Assembly: GCA_039208735.1 (NCBI GenBank)
Contig: JBCCQY010000006.1
Location: 32,001 to 96,000, forward strand
Origin: Myxococcota bacterium
GTDB lineage: Bacteria > Myxococcota_A > UBA796 > GCA-2862545
Reading direction: 5' to 3'
DNA length: 64,000 nt
The translations under genes were made by a program, and so were the position numbers. Under the pieces are notes generated by a model, which did no database searches, was not told the origin of the DNA, and saw nothing but the letters and a program-made list of their open reading frames with translations. Positions 39,847-49,962 of this stretch are shown piece by piece. Numbering within the stretch: the stretch's first letter is position 1; every line of letters begins with the position of its first letter.

Positions 39847-40497
39847 CTAGAAATCACCTGTAATGACGTAGGGGTAGCTCCACAGGGTGACCTGAAGGAG
39901 GACCGACTTGACCCAAGCCTGATGCATCTTGTCCACGTCTTCGGCAGAGTGGTCTCCGGCTTCGAGGAACGGACGTAGGGTGTGGGTGATCGGGAGGGTC
40001 AACAGTGTGACGTGCCGCAGATGGATATGGTCGACCGCATTGGCGTTGTCGGTTCGGTTCTTTCCTACGCGATGATGCCGTCGGCCAATTTCGAGCTGGT
40101 AGTCGAGCCAATCTTGATGGTAATTGGCGTCGGCGGTGTCGAGGATCCACTGGCCGAATCTCACTCGAACCGCATCGAGGTACTCGGGTTGGACCTCACC
40201 GGCAGCCGACGAAAAATAGGCCAGCAGGTGCGGTTGCGAAGCGACAAAGCCGTACCACGTGTCGAGAATGGCATCGGTTTGGGGCTCGAGGACGTCGCGT
40301 GACATGCGCAAGTACTTCACGTCCTCGTCCGAGAACAGGACGCTCTTCTTCATGACTTCGAGGTCGGCGACGGTGATGCGAGGGTTGGACATTGCAGTTC
40401 CTTTGGCGCTCTTGGGCGCCGATGCAGCGGACGGGATGGTCTTGGAGCAGCCGGACACCGCAAGCAGTGCCCACAACGTGAGTCGGACGACGATCAT
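39847..40497 (-). CDS. Protoglobin with apparent lipoprotein signal peptide
   Basis: LDTWYGFV, HLLAYF, RFGQWILDT, EIGRRHHRVGKNRTD, AWVKSVLLQVTLWSYPY; N-terminal LAVSGC. Confidence 0.92.
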   Translation of the reverse strand: MIVVRLTLWALLAVSGCSKTIPSAASAPKSAKGTAMSNPRITVADLEVMKKSVLFSDEDVKYLRMSRDVLEPQTDAILDTWYGFVASQPHLLAYFSSAAGEVQPEYLDAVRVRFGQWILDTADANYHQDWLDYQLEIGRRHHRVGKNRTDNANAVDHIHLRHVTLLTLPITHTLRPFLEAGDHSAEDVDKMHQAWVKSVLLQVTLWSYPYVITGDF

Positions 40498-41021
40498 GGC
40501 GACACCTCTGCGGGGAAGGACACGGTGCAGGTCTGGTCGGTGCAGTCGTTTGCGAAGGAAGCCTTTGGTTCGGCGAGGAGCGCTGCGACGGACGCGCCCA
40601 GCTCAAGGTCTTCCACATGACCGAACCATTGGTGGCGAAGCTTGCCTTGGCGGTCGATGAGCGTGAGGGTTGGCGTGCCTCGCATGCGGTACGCGCGCAT
40701 CGTTTGGGGCACACCCGAAGCGTCGTGTACATCGACGCCGACAGGGAAGGTCACTCGGTATTCGCTGAGGAATGCCTCCAAGGCCACGGGCGTCATGGCG
40801 GCGTGGTGCTCGAAGACCGAGTGCATCCCGACGACGACCAACGAATTGCCGAATGCCTCCGTCAGGCGCTGGGCTTGGGGCAGCCCTCGGGCCACACAGC
40901 CGGAACACAACATCTGAAACGTCTCCAGCGCGACGACCTGACCACGCAGCGACGCCAGAGACCGCGGATTTCGTGCGTTGAACCAACGCGACGTCTTCCA
41001 CTCCGGAGCGGGTTCGTTCAT
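40494..41021 (-). CDS. Thioredoxin-like redoxin (TlpA/AhpC-TSA family)
   Basis: LRGQVV..FQMLCSGC; HSVFEHH; GTPT cis-Pro loop; GGAG RBS. Confidence 0.9.
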   Translation of the reverse strand: MNEPAPEWKTSRWFNARNPRSLASLRGQVVALETFQMLCSGCVARGLPQAQRLTEAFGNSLVVVGMHSVFEHHAAMTPVALEAFLSEYRVTFPVGVDVHDASGVPQTMRAYRMRGTPTLTLIDRQGKLRHQWFGHVEDLELGASVAALLAEPKASFANDCTDQTCTVSFPAEVSP

Positions 41022-41036
41022 ACTCTCCACCTAATT

Positions 41037-41074
41037 AGTATTGAGTCGATACTAGATAGTATTCACTCGATACT
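41037..41074. promoter_or_regulatory. Tandem 17-bp dyad operator
   Basis: AGTATTGAGTCGATACT (41037-41053) and AGTATTCACTCGATACT (41058-41074), 21-bp period, just upstream of the redoxin. Confidence 0.7.
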
Positions 41075-41196
41075 TGCCAAGAGGTTTTGAGTCGAGACGA
41101 TCCTACGGCGTTCAATCCACAACGTTTCGCGACGCGACGGGGCTCGCCGCTCGGGTCGTCAGGGCCGATGGACGCCATCGACCATTCATGCCACGC

Positions 41197-42963
41197 TCAC
41201 TCGCAGGTGAGGGCTTCCACATCGCAGACGAAGGACGCAGCAGCACCGAAGTCGGTAAACACGGCTTCCACGTCCTTGGTGGCGTACGTGTCGATCGCCA
41301 CGTCTTCGGACACATTGTCGTCGGCCAACGCACCCCAGTTTGTGTTGATGCTCGTCAGCCCCGTGCCTTCGAAGAGGGACACGCCACCGCCCGCGGTGAG
41401 GGCCGTGTTCTGGATGAGGGTACAATCGGTCAACTCAACGTTGGCATCGAATAGATCGACCCCGCCACCGTATGCGGCTGCGGTGTTGCCGGTGAAGGTC
41501 ACGTTGTTCACAAAGACCGTGCCCTGGTTCGTGGCGTTGACGCCGAGGCCTCCCCCGAAGTCCGCCTGATTGCCCGTGACCTCGGAGTTGGTGAACCGCA
41601 TGGGCCCACTTTCAAAGTAGGCGCCACCGCCGAGGACCGCGACGTTGCCGTTCAGCACCACGTTGTCCAAGAGGGCCTCGTCCGTGGGGCCTCCCTGAAT
41701 GTACACCCCTCCGCCCGCGAAGGTCGTCGTGTTCCCACTGAACTCGCCACCGGTCCAGGAGACTGGGAGCCCCGCCGTCTGGAACATCACCGCGCCGCCG
41801 TAGAAGAGTCCGTTGTTGACGGTGAACTGGGTCGCTGCATCGGCGACGGCCGAGGCGTTCGTCAGCCAGACCGCGCCTCCACCGAAGTTCGCCGAGTTGT
41901 TGGTGAACGAGGAGCCGACCAAGGTGAGGTCCGCGCCCTGGATGGCGAGGGCGCCGCCGAACCCGTACGCGCCAGACGCCTGGTTGCCGGTAAACGTCGA
42001 GTTCTCGATCTGCACCCCCCCGGGGAAGAGGGCGTAGATGGCACCGCCGGCGAACCCAACCGCCTGATTGTCGGTGAACGTACTGTCGAGAACCGAGATT
42101 TCGTACCCGAAGATGGCGCCGCCTTCGTTACCGAAGTTCAGGTCGAAGGTGCAGTCATCTACCGTGATGGAGCTGCCGGGGGCGCCGATCACTGCACTGG
42201 CGGTCGCGCCGGTGAACTCCAGCGAGCGCAGGGTCACGTCGCTCTTCTGCTCGACGACGAACACGCTGCTGAAATTCGTAGCATCCAAGACAGTGTCGCC
42301 CACGACACCGGTGACCCCGGCAATCGTGAGGTCCTTATCGAGACGGACGATGGGCTCTCCGAACGTACCCGCGCACACCTCGATGGTGTCACCGTCCACC
42401 GCACCGATCACGGCATCCAGAAGAGAGGGGTAGGGAGTGGTTCCAATCTGAGCGACCTCGGACGTGTTCGGGTCGCAGTCGCTGTCGAATCCATCACAGA
42501 GTTCAGGAGCGCCCGGGAAGACCGCCGGGTTGTTGTCGTCGCAGTCGTCTGGACCATCCTTGATGCCGTTCTTCGGAGCCTCGCACTGGATCACCGCCGA
42601 AGAGGCGAGTCCAAAGCCGTCGCCGTCGTTGTCCACCACCCAGGTCGGCGCGTCCACCGCGCCAACGTCGAGTTCGCCGTCACAGTTCTCGTCCTCACCG
42701 CCACAAACCTCATCGGCGCCCGGGTTCACGTAGGGGTCGCCGTCGTTGCAGTCGTCTCCACCGTCCGACTCCGCAATGAATCCGTCCATATCGGCGTCGA
42801 GCGGGACGTCGGTGTTAGTGTCGGCATCGGTGTCGGCGTCTGTATCGGCGTCCGCGTCCGCATCCGCATCGGCGTCGCCTTCCATGCCGGTATCTTCGGC
42901 CTTGTCCATCTCGTCACCTACGCATGCCACCGCGATTGCTAGCCACCAGAGTCGCATGTTCAC
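41197..42963 (-). CDS. Lipoprotein: DA-repeat linker, Cys/Asp putative metal-binding (MopE-like) repeats, right-handed beta-helix with Pmp-like repeats
   Basis: AVAC lipobox; DCND..PGAxExC motifs; many FxxNxA..GGA/GGG repeats. Confidence 0.82.
   Translation of the reverse strand: MNMRLWWLAIAVACVGDEMDKAEDTGMEGDADADADADADTDADTDADTNTDVPLDADMDGFIAESDGGDDCNDGDPYVNPGADEVCGGEDENCDGELDVGAVDAPTWVVDNDGDGFGLASSAVIQCEAPKNGIKDGPDDCDDNNPAVFPGAPELCDGFDSDCDPNTSEVAQIGTTPYPSLLDAVIGAVDGDTIEVCAGTFGEPIVRLDKDLTIAGVTGVVGDTVLDATNFSSVFVVEQKSDVTLRSLEFTGATASAVIGAPGSSITVDDCTFDLNFGNEGGAIFGYEISVLDSTFTDNQAVGFAGGAIYALFPGGVQIENSTFTGNQASGAYGFGGALAIQGADLTLVGSSFTNNSANFGGGAVWLTNASAVADAATQFTVNNGLFYGGAVMFQTAGLPVSWTGGEFSGNTTTFAGGGVYIQGGPTDEALLDNVVLNGNVAVLGGGAYFESGPMRFTNSEVTGNQADFGGGLGVNATNQGTVFVNNVTFTGNTAAAYGGGVDLFDANVELTDCTLIQNTALTAGGGVSLFEGTGLTSINTNWGALADDNVSEDVAIDTYATKDVEAVFTDFGAAASFVCDVEALTCE
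42808..42876 (-). repeat. Hexanucleotide coding repeat (DA/DT)n
   Basis: Encodes DADADADADADTDADTDADTNTD. Confidence 0.85.
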
Positions 42964-43445
42964 CTCCGGCGCTGACTCTACACCTTGCTTGCAACGCTAT
43001 CTGGGCCTTGGTTTGGACCAGTGACGCCCGCCTGGATTCTGTGTTTGGTGTAGATTGTGTTGGATTAATCTTTCATATTGTCTGGCTTGGGTTGGCGGAA
43101 TTTCACACCTGTCGTCGTTTTTATGGCAAACCCGGACGCATTGCCGTTGGTTTCACGGTAGACCGGCCGATGCAATTCACGTTCGGCCTATTGTGGTGCT
43201 TAAGGCTTGCGAATAGCGGGCAGATTTTATGGAGCAAACGGGCCTTGGGCGAACCCGGTCTTATGCGGTCGGGTGTCGAGAGCGAAGGTTCTATTTGGGT
43301 CTTGGCATCGGATTCAGGGTTCGTGTCCGTTCAAGCGCCTGGATCCTACTGATCACCGCTGGCCTTCGGCGCTACGCGCCTGCAGGCTCACCGGGCGCTT
43401 CGCTCCGGCAAGCTGGTCTTCGGGGGCTTGCAGCCCCGCCAGGAA

Positions 43446-44402
43446 TCACGGTTCGCTGATGTTCAACGTAAAGTTTCCGCGGTCCGCAGACCCGGTGCCA
43501 TCAATGACGATGGAGAGCTGGTCTCCCTGTTGGACGTCTAGGGTGACGACCGAGGTATTGCCGTTCGGACCGTCATCGTTGCAGACATCCGGCGTGCCGT
43601 CGCACTCGCCGCGGAACACCGACAGAACGGTATCGAACTCGGACCCCAACGTGTCCAATCGAAGGGTACCGGTGACCGGCGACGTCCAGAGCAACACGAC
43701 GTCTGGTGAGTTGGTCTGAAAGATGCTCCCTGAGCAGGTCGGTGCATAGGTGTTGTCGTAGCTAAGCGTGACGCCTTGGTAGGTCACGGGCAGTTCGGGG
43801 GGGATGGCGACATCGGTGCAGGTCAGGAGGCACGCCGACGCGTTCATGCAGGCGGACTCCTCGCAGTCGATGAGGCCGTCGCAGTTATTGTCCTTCCCGT
43901 CGTTGCACGTCTCCGAAGGGTCGTCGACGATGCCGTTGCAGTCATCGTCGATGCCGTTGTCGCAGTCCTCCACCTCAAAGGGAGACACGTCGCTGCGTGC
44001 ATCGTCGCAGTCTGTGTTGTCGAGCGTGTAGCCCTCGCCTGGGTCGTCACAAGCGCGGAGGGTGTCATCAGGGTCGCCTGCGCCGTCGCCGTCGTTGTCG
44101 ACGTAGTACGTCTGGGGTTCGAAGGTCTCGTCGACGCTGCCGTCGCAGTTGTTGTCGACGTCGTCGCACACCTCTACCGCTCCAGGGAATACGAGCCGGT
44201 CGTTGTCGTCGCAGTCGATGTTGTTGGTCGCTTGACCGCCTTGCACCGAGCAGCGATAGCCGATGATGCGAGCGCCGAACCCGTCGTTGTCGTTGTCCTC
44301 GAACACCAGCACCTGTTCGTCGGGCAAGCACTCGGGCTCTGGCTCGCCGGAGCAGGCCGCGAGACCCGGGGCCGCCAAAATCACGAAGCCCAATCGATGC
44401 AT
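43446..44402 (-). CDS. Lipoprotein with MopE-like Cys/Asp repeats and C-terminal PPC-like beta domain
   Basis: GGAGG RBS; LAAC lipobox; DCDD..PGAVEVCDDVDNNCDG; DTLGSEFDTVL...CNDD...IVIDG. Confidence 0.82.
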   Translation of the reverse strand: MHRLGFVILAAPGLAACSGEPEPECLPDEQVLVFEDNDNDGFGARIIGYRCSVQGGQATNNIDCDDNDRLVFPGAVEVCDDVDNNCDGSVDETFEPQTYYVDNDGDGAGDPDDTLRACDDPGEGYTLDNTDCDDARSDVSPFEVEDCDNGIDDDCNGIVDDPSETCNDGKDNNCDGLIDCEESACMNASACLLTCTDVAIPPELPVTYQGVTLSYDNTYAPTCSGSIFQTNSPDVVLLWTSPVTGTLRLDTLGSEFDTVLSVFRGECDGTPDVCNDDGPNGNTSVVTLDVQQGDQLSIVIDGTGSADRGNFTLNISEP

Positions 44403-44547
44403 GTTGTTCCTCCCCATGAGGTCGTGTCGTCCATCCGATGACCTTGGGACGAATGGTAGACCAGGTGCCTTTCGCGTGGATGACGCATATTCCAATGCTC
44501 GATTTAGAGGAGCGGGGTGCGAAAGAACTGTATCGGATCTGGGTGAC

Positions 44548-45390
44548 CTACTCGAGTTCTTCGGTCACCGGGAACAGCTGGACCGAGAGCTGGAAGACGC
44601 GGTGAGGGCCGTCGGTGGTCTGGTCGTCGGACATCGTGGCGAGGCGTCGCACGAGGTTCTCGATACGGCGCTTGAACTCAGGAATCATCGCGGTCGGGAC
44701 GGTCGTGGTCGACACGATGACCAATTGCTGGTCGTTCATGTCGCGATCGAGCGTGCGGAGGCGCTCGGGAACGACCTCGCTGTGGTACTGGCGGACCGCC
44801 TGCCGGCTCGATTCCGAGAAGGCTTCAAACTTCATCTCAGAGGGTTCCAACCGGTCGCCACGGCGCTCGAGAAATCCGAGGTCGAGCAGGGTATCGATCG
44901 CAGCCCTGGCCTGCTGGACACTGATTTTGGGCCGGAGGAGGTTGGCCACCCACTCAGGGTCGTCGCGAAAGCCCGACAGGCTTGCCAGTTCGCGAATGAC
45001 AGGGACCCACCAGAACTCGAGGAACTGGGTGACGTCGGACTCCGGTACGTGATCGTCACGGCGGAACTTGCCGTACCGCTCGACGGCAAAGATGCGCTCG
45101 AGCACCGCGTGTCGGCTCGCGAGGGTGGGCGCGGATTGGAGTTCGACGAGGAGCCCCAGGTAGTTTCGCTCCGCGGGTCCGAGTTCCATCGCCCGAGCGA
45201 AGGCGTCGAGTGTATCGGGCCGAGGGGTCCGAGAACCGTTGAGCACGTTGGAGACCGCGGCCTTGGAGCAATTCCCCGCGCGTGCGAAGGCGGCGTAGGA
45301 GTAGTCAGGATCCGATTGCTTCCGCTCTTGGATCCAGTCCTTTAGGAAGGCACGATGGTCGAGGTAGCTGAAGATGCTGGGTACTGGCAT
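44548..45390 (-). CDS. TIGR02147 family protein (HTH + DUF4423-like)
   Basis: IFSYLDHRAFLKDW...SYAAFARAG..., WWVPVIRELA, C-terminal FQLSVQLFP. Confidence 0.85.
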   Translation of the reverse strand: MPVPSIFSYLDHRAFLKDWIQERKQSDPDYSYAAFARAGNCSKAAVSNVLNGSRTPRPDTLDAFARAMELGPAERNYLGLLVELQSAPTLASRHAVLERIFAVERYGKFRRDDHVPESDVTQFLEFWWVPVIRELASLSGFRDDPEWVANLLRPKISVQQARAAIDTLLDLGFLERRGDRLEPSEMKFEAFSESSRQAVRQYHSEVVPERLRTLDRDMNDQQLVIVSTTTVPTAMIPEFKRRIENLVRRLATMSDDQTTDGPHRVFQLSVQLFPVTEELE

Positions 45391-45526
45391 CCGAGGTCCA
45401 CCCCCGAGCCTCACGGAGGAGTCCCGCGAGCAAGATGGAGTGTATCGAGCCTCACCACATGACGCCCATGAGGGAACCTTTCGTCACGTGGTCCCTTCGA
45501 CCGACGGTGCAGATTAATCTGCCATC

Positions 45527-48304
45527 GTGGATCGAGAAGATGGGCCTTCCGGGCGCCCTGCCAAGTCCGCTTCAGTGCTCCTGCCGGACAATACCTTCAT
45601 TGGCCGGAAGCAAGAACTGTCTGCGGTAGAGCGGGTCTTTGAAACAGGCCGACGGCTCGTGACGATCACCGGGGTTGGGGGCGCAGGAAAGACCCGGCTC
45701 GCGTTGGAGCTGGCTCGCCGTGTCTCGTGGTCGGTGATCACGATCGATCTGTCCGCAGCTCGTCAGCCCCAAGATCTCCTCATCGCCATGGCGGGAGCGC
45801 TGCGGGGGCGCTGTCCAGACGAAACGGCCGAGGGCATCACGGCGGGGCTTGCGAACCTCGAACCTTCGTTGTTCGTCATGGATGCGGTGGAAGGTGCACT
45901 TCCGGTGGCTGCGGCACTCATCGATCAATGGCACCGCGGGGCTCCTGCCGTGCGGTTCGTGCTCACATCACGGATTCCGCTCGGCCTGGCATCCGAGCAG
46001 GTGGTGCAGCTGGGCTGCCTTGAACCCGAAGAGAGTTTCGCACTGCTCATCGATCGGGCCCAGTCCCTAAACTTCCGCTTTAATCCCGATGAAGATCGCC
46101 AGACCCTGTTTGAGGTCCTCGAGCGTCTCGAGGGGATTCCGCTCGCCATCGAACTCGCCGCGGCACGCACGCAAATGCTTTCTCCCAAGCAGCTCTATGA
46201 GCGCTTGGATGAGCCGTTGGGGCTCTTGCGGAGCCATCGACACGCGGCATCACCGCGGCACGCAGCGATGGAGGCGACCCTCGAATGGTCGTGGGAGTTG
46301 CTCCGTCCCCCCGAGCGGGCGGTACTCAAGCGATTGTGGGTGTTCGACAAGAGTTTCAGCGTGGGGGCCGCCGAGGTCGTGGCGAGTGCGGCGCGCACGA
46401 ATCCCGTATTGCCCGTGGTCGAAGCCCTGGTCCAGCACGGGCTGATTCGTCTTCTGGAATCTTCCACGGGGCGGCGCTTGCGGTTGCTTGGCGTGGTCCG
46501 AGAGTTCGTTGCGGGCCGGCTTAGCGACGCGGAGCGCGAGGAGGCCGAAGTCCTCCACACCGCCTACTTCATGTCGCTGATCGAGCCCTTCGTGGACGCC
46601 GAAGGGTTCATGAAGCAGCTCCTCGATGCGTGCGATCCGAGCTTGCCCCCAGAGGTCGACAACCTGGAAGCGATCGTCATGCGACCGTCCGCGATCGCCG
46701 CAAATCGCATTCATGCGACATTGGCCCTGGTGGCGATCCTGTGCCGCCAAGGTCCGGCCAGTCGCGTTCAACGCATCCTCGATCATGCGAACCCGTCGCC
46801 GTCGACCGGGCCATCGCTTGACGACATTCGACTCGATCTCGCCATGGTGACCGCCAAGCGATTCCTCGGAACCCGAGGACCCTCCCAAGCGCGTCTGGGT
46901 CAGGCGGTGCGGGTGGCTGACGACAATGGACGGCCCCGGCTCGCCGCCTTGATTTGCCACTATCAGGGCCGCGAAGCGCGCATTCAAGGGGACTTGGAGA
47001 CCTGCGCGAGGTTGTACGACGAGGCGCTCGAACGGGCCGAGCGTTCCGGCAGTGACGTGGTCATTGCCCAGTGTGTGCAGGGACCCGCCATCATGCACTT
47101 TCGCACCGGTGCCATCGAACAGGCCGTGGTGGCAGCCCATCAGGTGATCACGTTTGCGGAGACCCACGGGTTTAGACGCTTGCGGTGTGACTGGCTTGTG
47201 AACCTGTCGGTCGCCTTCTACGATACGGGTCGCGTCGAGCAAGCCATCCACACCGCTCGGCAAGCGGCCAAGCTCGCATCGGAGACCGGGAGCTTGAACG
47301 TGGTGGCGATGAACTCGATTCATCTCGCCGAGTATTGCCTCGCGGCAGACCGCATCGCGGACGCCGAGACATGGCTCGAGAAGGCCGAGCAATTGTGGGA
47401 AGAGGCTTCGGTTCAGCCTGCGAATCCGATGGCGGGGCTCAATCGCATCCGTTGTTGGCTTGCCTTGGTGAAAGGCGAACTTGACGATGCGGAAGAGGCT
47501 ACCGAACTGGATCGTTGGACTCGGTTCACGTCACACCCAGGGCTGGTTGAGGCCGTGGCCAACAGCTGCCGAGGCGTGCTGCAACTGCTGCGTGGGGAGC
47601 ACACGATGGCGCTGCAGCATTTCGATCGGTCGATGGCGGCTCGCGAGCGGTGGTCGATCCAACAGGCCGACACCCAAGTCGACTTGGGGTTTCGTGCATT
47701 GGCCCGGGCTCTCGAGGGTGATGCACCAGGAGCGAATCGTGATCTGGTCGAAGCCTCGCGGCCGGGAGACCCCGGTCCGCGGGTGGACCAAGTCCTGACG
47801 TTGCTTGGGCAAGCGGTCCAAGTCGCCCTCGGCGAGCCAGAGGCGCGTACGGCGAGCCAAGCGATGGTCGCCTCCTTTCAGCCGTCGACGAGCGAGTGGA
47901 TCGCCTATCCTGAAGTCGTCATCGCAGGCCGGCTACTCCAACAGCTTCTCGACGCGAACGGGCTCTACGGCCCTCTCACCCTCGTGGCGGGCCCGAATGT
48001 GGCGTGGGTCCAGGTCGGCACAGCGCCCATCGTGGATTTGAGTCGGCGCAGGGTGCCCCAGCGTTTGCTGCAACGACTGATCGAAGCCCATCGACATTCT
48101 CCAGGCCAGTCCGTGACGACCGAACAATTGCTGCAGGCGGTGTGGCCGCAAGACAAAGCGAAGCGATCGTCACTCGAAAACCGGTTGTGGGCTGCCGTGT
48201 CGAAGCTTCGCAAGGCCGGGTTCGATCGGGTGATCGAAAGGGCTGAAGGCGGCTATCGGATTCCTCCTGACGTGATCGTGTTGTTCAAGCAAGGCGCAGG
48301 GTAG
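45527..48304 (+). CDS. STAND-type ATPase + TPR + C-terminal OmpR-like winged-helix regulator
   Basis: FIGR, GVGGAGKTRL, GIPLAIELAA; C-terminal LLQAVWP...RLWAAVSKLRK...GYR. Confidence 0.85.
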   Translation: MDREDGPSGRPAKSASVLLPDNTFIGRKQELSAVERVFETGRRLVTITGVGGAGKTRLALELARRVSWSVITIDLSAARQPQDLLIAMAGALRGRCPDETAEGITAGLANLEPSLFVMDAVEGALPVAAALIDQWHRGAPAVRFVLTSRIPLGLASEQVVQLGCLEPEESFALLIDRAQSLNFRFNPDEDRQTLFEVLERLEGIPLAIELAAARTQMLSPKQLYERLDEPLGLLRSHRHAASPRHAAMEATLEWSWELLRPPERAVLKRLWVFDKSFSVGAAEVVASAARTNPVLPVVEALVQHGLIRLLESSTGRRLRLLGVVREFVAGRLSDAEREEAEVLHTAYFMSLIEPFVDAEGFMKQLLDACDPSLPPEVDNLEAIVMRPSAIAANRIHATLALVAILCRQGPASRVQRILDHANPSPSTGPSLDDIRLDLAMVTAKRFLGTRGPSQARLGQAVRVADDNGRPRLAALICHYQGREARIQGDLETCARLYDEALERAERSGSDVVIAQCVQGPAIMHFRTGAIEQAVVAAHQVITFAETHGFRRLRCDWLVNLSVAFYDTGRVEQAIHTARQAAKLASETGSLNVVAMNSIHLAEYCLAADRIADAETWLEKAEQLWEEASVQPANPMAGLNRIRCWLALVKGELDDAEEATELDRWTRFTSHPGLVEAVANSCRGVLQLLRGEHTMALQHFDRSMAARERWSIQQADTQVDLGFRALARALEGDAPGANRDLVEASRPGDPGPRVDQVLTLLGQAVQVALGEPEARTASQAMVASFQPSTSEWIAYPEVVIAGRLLQQLLDANGLYGPLTLVAGPNVAWVQVGTAPIVDLSRRRVPQRLLQRLIEAHRHSPGQSVTTEQLLQAVWPQDKAKRSSLENRLWAAVSKLRKAGFDRVIERAEGGYRIPPDVIVLFKQGAG

Positions 48305-48549
48305 CCGACCTTACCCACCTTACGCGGCCTTGCGTTTCGGGATTGCGTTTACAGTGGGATGACGCAACGCTCTCCGGAAATGGACAACCCGGTGGACACT
48401 GAAAACAATGGTTTTGCTCTGGTTTTAAAGGATGGGCTCGAGCTGAATTGTGCGCTGAGACTTATTGCGCCTTGCAAGTTGCATTGGCCCATGGATGGGC
48501 ATGGTGGCTCCTCCTACGTTCGTTTCGGCTTCAAGAACGGAGGTATGTC

Positions 48550-49359
48550 ATGTCTCGCTTCGCATTCGTTACCGTCACTGCGCTGCTGATGGGTTGCGCA
48601 ACCCAGCCCGATGCTACAGAATCCGATGAAGAATTGCTGGAAAGGGCTCGTACGCTTGGTCTATCGGATTGTGTAGACGCCTACCTGGCGTGTACGGGCT
48701 CCCCGAGGGACTGCATTTCAGTGCTATCGGACTGCATCGATGGAGCGTCGAGCGGATGCAGCGCAGGCTCGTCGGTGAATGGTGAGAGCCGTCGCATGGA
48801 GTGTACCGACGGCGACTGCACCTGTACCGAAAACGACATTGAGGTCGGGACCTGCCAAAGTGATTCCTGTGCGCTTCCCGGTGGATGCTGCGACGCCTTC
48901 TTTGGCGGCCAGGATCCGACGGACAGCGGTACGCCAAGCACCGATACCGGAACCGGCCCAGGAACGACGACCGATAGCGGTGCCCCGCCTTCGACGGACG
49001 AATGTGGCGCGGGCAGCACGGTCAATGGCGTGAGCCAGCGCATGGACTGCATCGACGGGGACTGCACCTGCACCGAGGATGGCGTTGAGTTGGGCACCTG
49101 CCCCGATGATGAGTGCCTCATCCCTGGCGGATGCTGTGACGCGTTCTTCGGCGGAAGCCCGACCCCCAACCCGACGCCGGGTTCGGGTTCGGTGGTGAAC
49201 TGCAGCGGCGCGAGCGCAAACGGTAGCGGGGATTCGTGGCAAGTCGATTGCGGCAGTGGCACCTGCACGTGCTTCGCGAACGGTGTTGAGGTTGGTCAAT
49301 GTGCGACCAACGCCGAAGCGTGCGCAATTCCCGGAAGCTGCTGCGACGCCTTTTTCTAG
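48550..49359 (+). CDS. Cys-rich lipoprotein with three 8-Cys repeats
   Basis: GGAGG RBS; LMGC lipobox; three units ending PGxCCDAFF. Confidence 0.85.
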   Translation: MSRFAFVTVTALLMGCATQPDATESDEELLERARTLGLSDCVDAYLACTGSPRDCISVLSDCIDGASSGCSAGSSVNGESRRMECTDGDCTCTENDIEVGTCQSDSCALPGGCCDAFFGGQDPTDSGTPSTDTGTGPGTTTDSGAPPSTDECGAGSTVNGVSQRMDCIDGDCTCTEDGVELGTCPDDECLIPGGCCDAFFGGSPTPNPTPGSGSVVNCSGASANGSGDSWQVDCGSGTCTCFANGVEVGQCATNAEACAIPGSCCDAFF

Positions 49360-49405
49360 GTCGTTCGGAGGCTCATCGCATCCTCCGGATCCCACGTGGA
49401 CGAGG

Positions 49406-49918
49406 CTACGGGGCATCCCCGAGTTCAAGTCGGAGATTCAGCGCAGCCGACGCCTGTGTCCCGCAGCGGTCCTCGACATCGACGGACAACATCACCGGAT
49501 CACCGTCGAGTTCGACTGGGTTGGGATGGAACAGCTGGACGAGCTGCCCGACAAACTGAATGGTGTCGCCGTCCAAGTCAAACCCCCGCTGTTGGTCCAG
49601 GTAGATCGACAGTTCGCGGTCTGTGACGACGGAGATCGACACCATCGGGTCGTCGTAGCCCAAACCAGAGGCGGTCCCCTGCACCAACCCTTGGGCCCGG
49701 ACGCTCACGAAGACGTGATGGCCGCCCTGAGGCCCCGGGTAAAAGCCGATGGGACCTTCCGCGGTCAGCGGCTCGAACGTGGCGGTGCCGGTGCCGACTT
49801 GCAGCGACGCCTCGCCGGCCACGTCGGCACAGTTGACGTCTGGGATGGGCTCGAGGGCTTCGGGGGCGGCATTGCAGGCCCCGGCGGCGACACAGAGCCA
49901 CAGAGGGGAAGATCGCAT
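49406..49918 (-). CDS. Hypothetical lipoprotein with GPQGGHHV motif
   Basis: AGAC lipobox-like motif after MRSSPLWL. Confidence 0.7.
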   Translation of the reverse strand: MRSSPLWLCVAAGACNAAPEALEPIPDVNCADVAGEASLQVGTGTATFEPLTAEGPIGFYPGPQGGHHVFVSVRAQGLVQGTASGLGYDDPMVSISVVTDRELSIYLDQQRGFDLDGDTIQFVGQLVQLFHPNPVELDGDPVMLSVDVEDRCGTQASAALNLRLELGDAP

Positions 49919-49962
49919 GGGTGCTCCGTTGGAGGCCAGATAACGATTTGCCCTCGTCGTGG

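Noticed and set aside
42964..43445. AT-richer gap of about 480 bp as an ncRNA or small gene
   Set aside because: No convincing ORF, dyad or RNA motif recognised; probably a promoter region.
48381..48398. TGGACA direct repeat as a winged-helix binding site
   Set aside because: Only two 6-mers 12 bp apart; too weak without comparative support.
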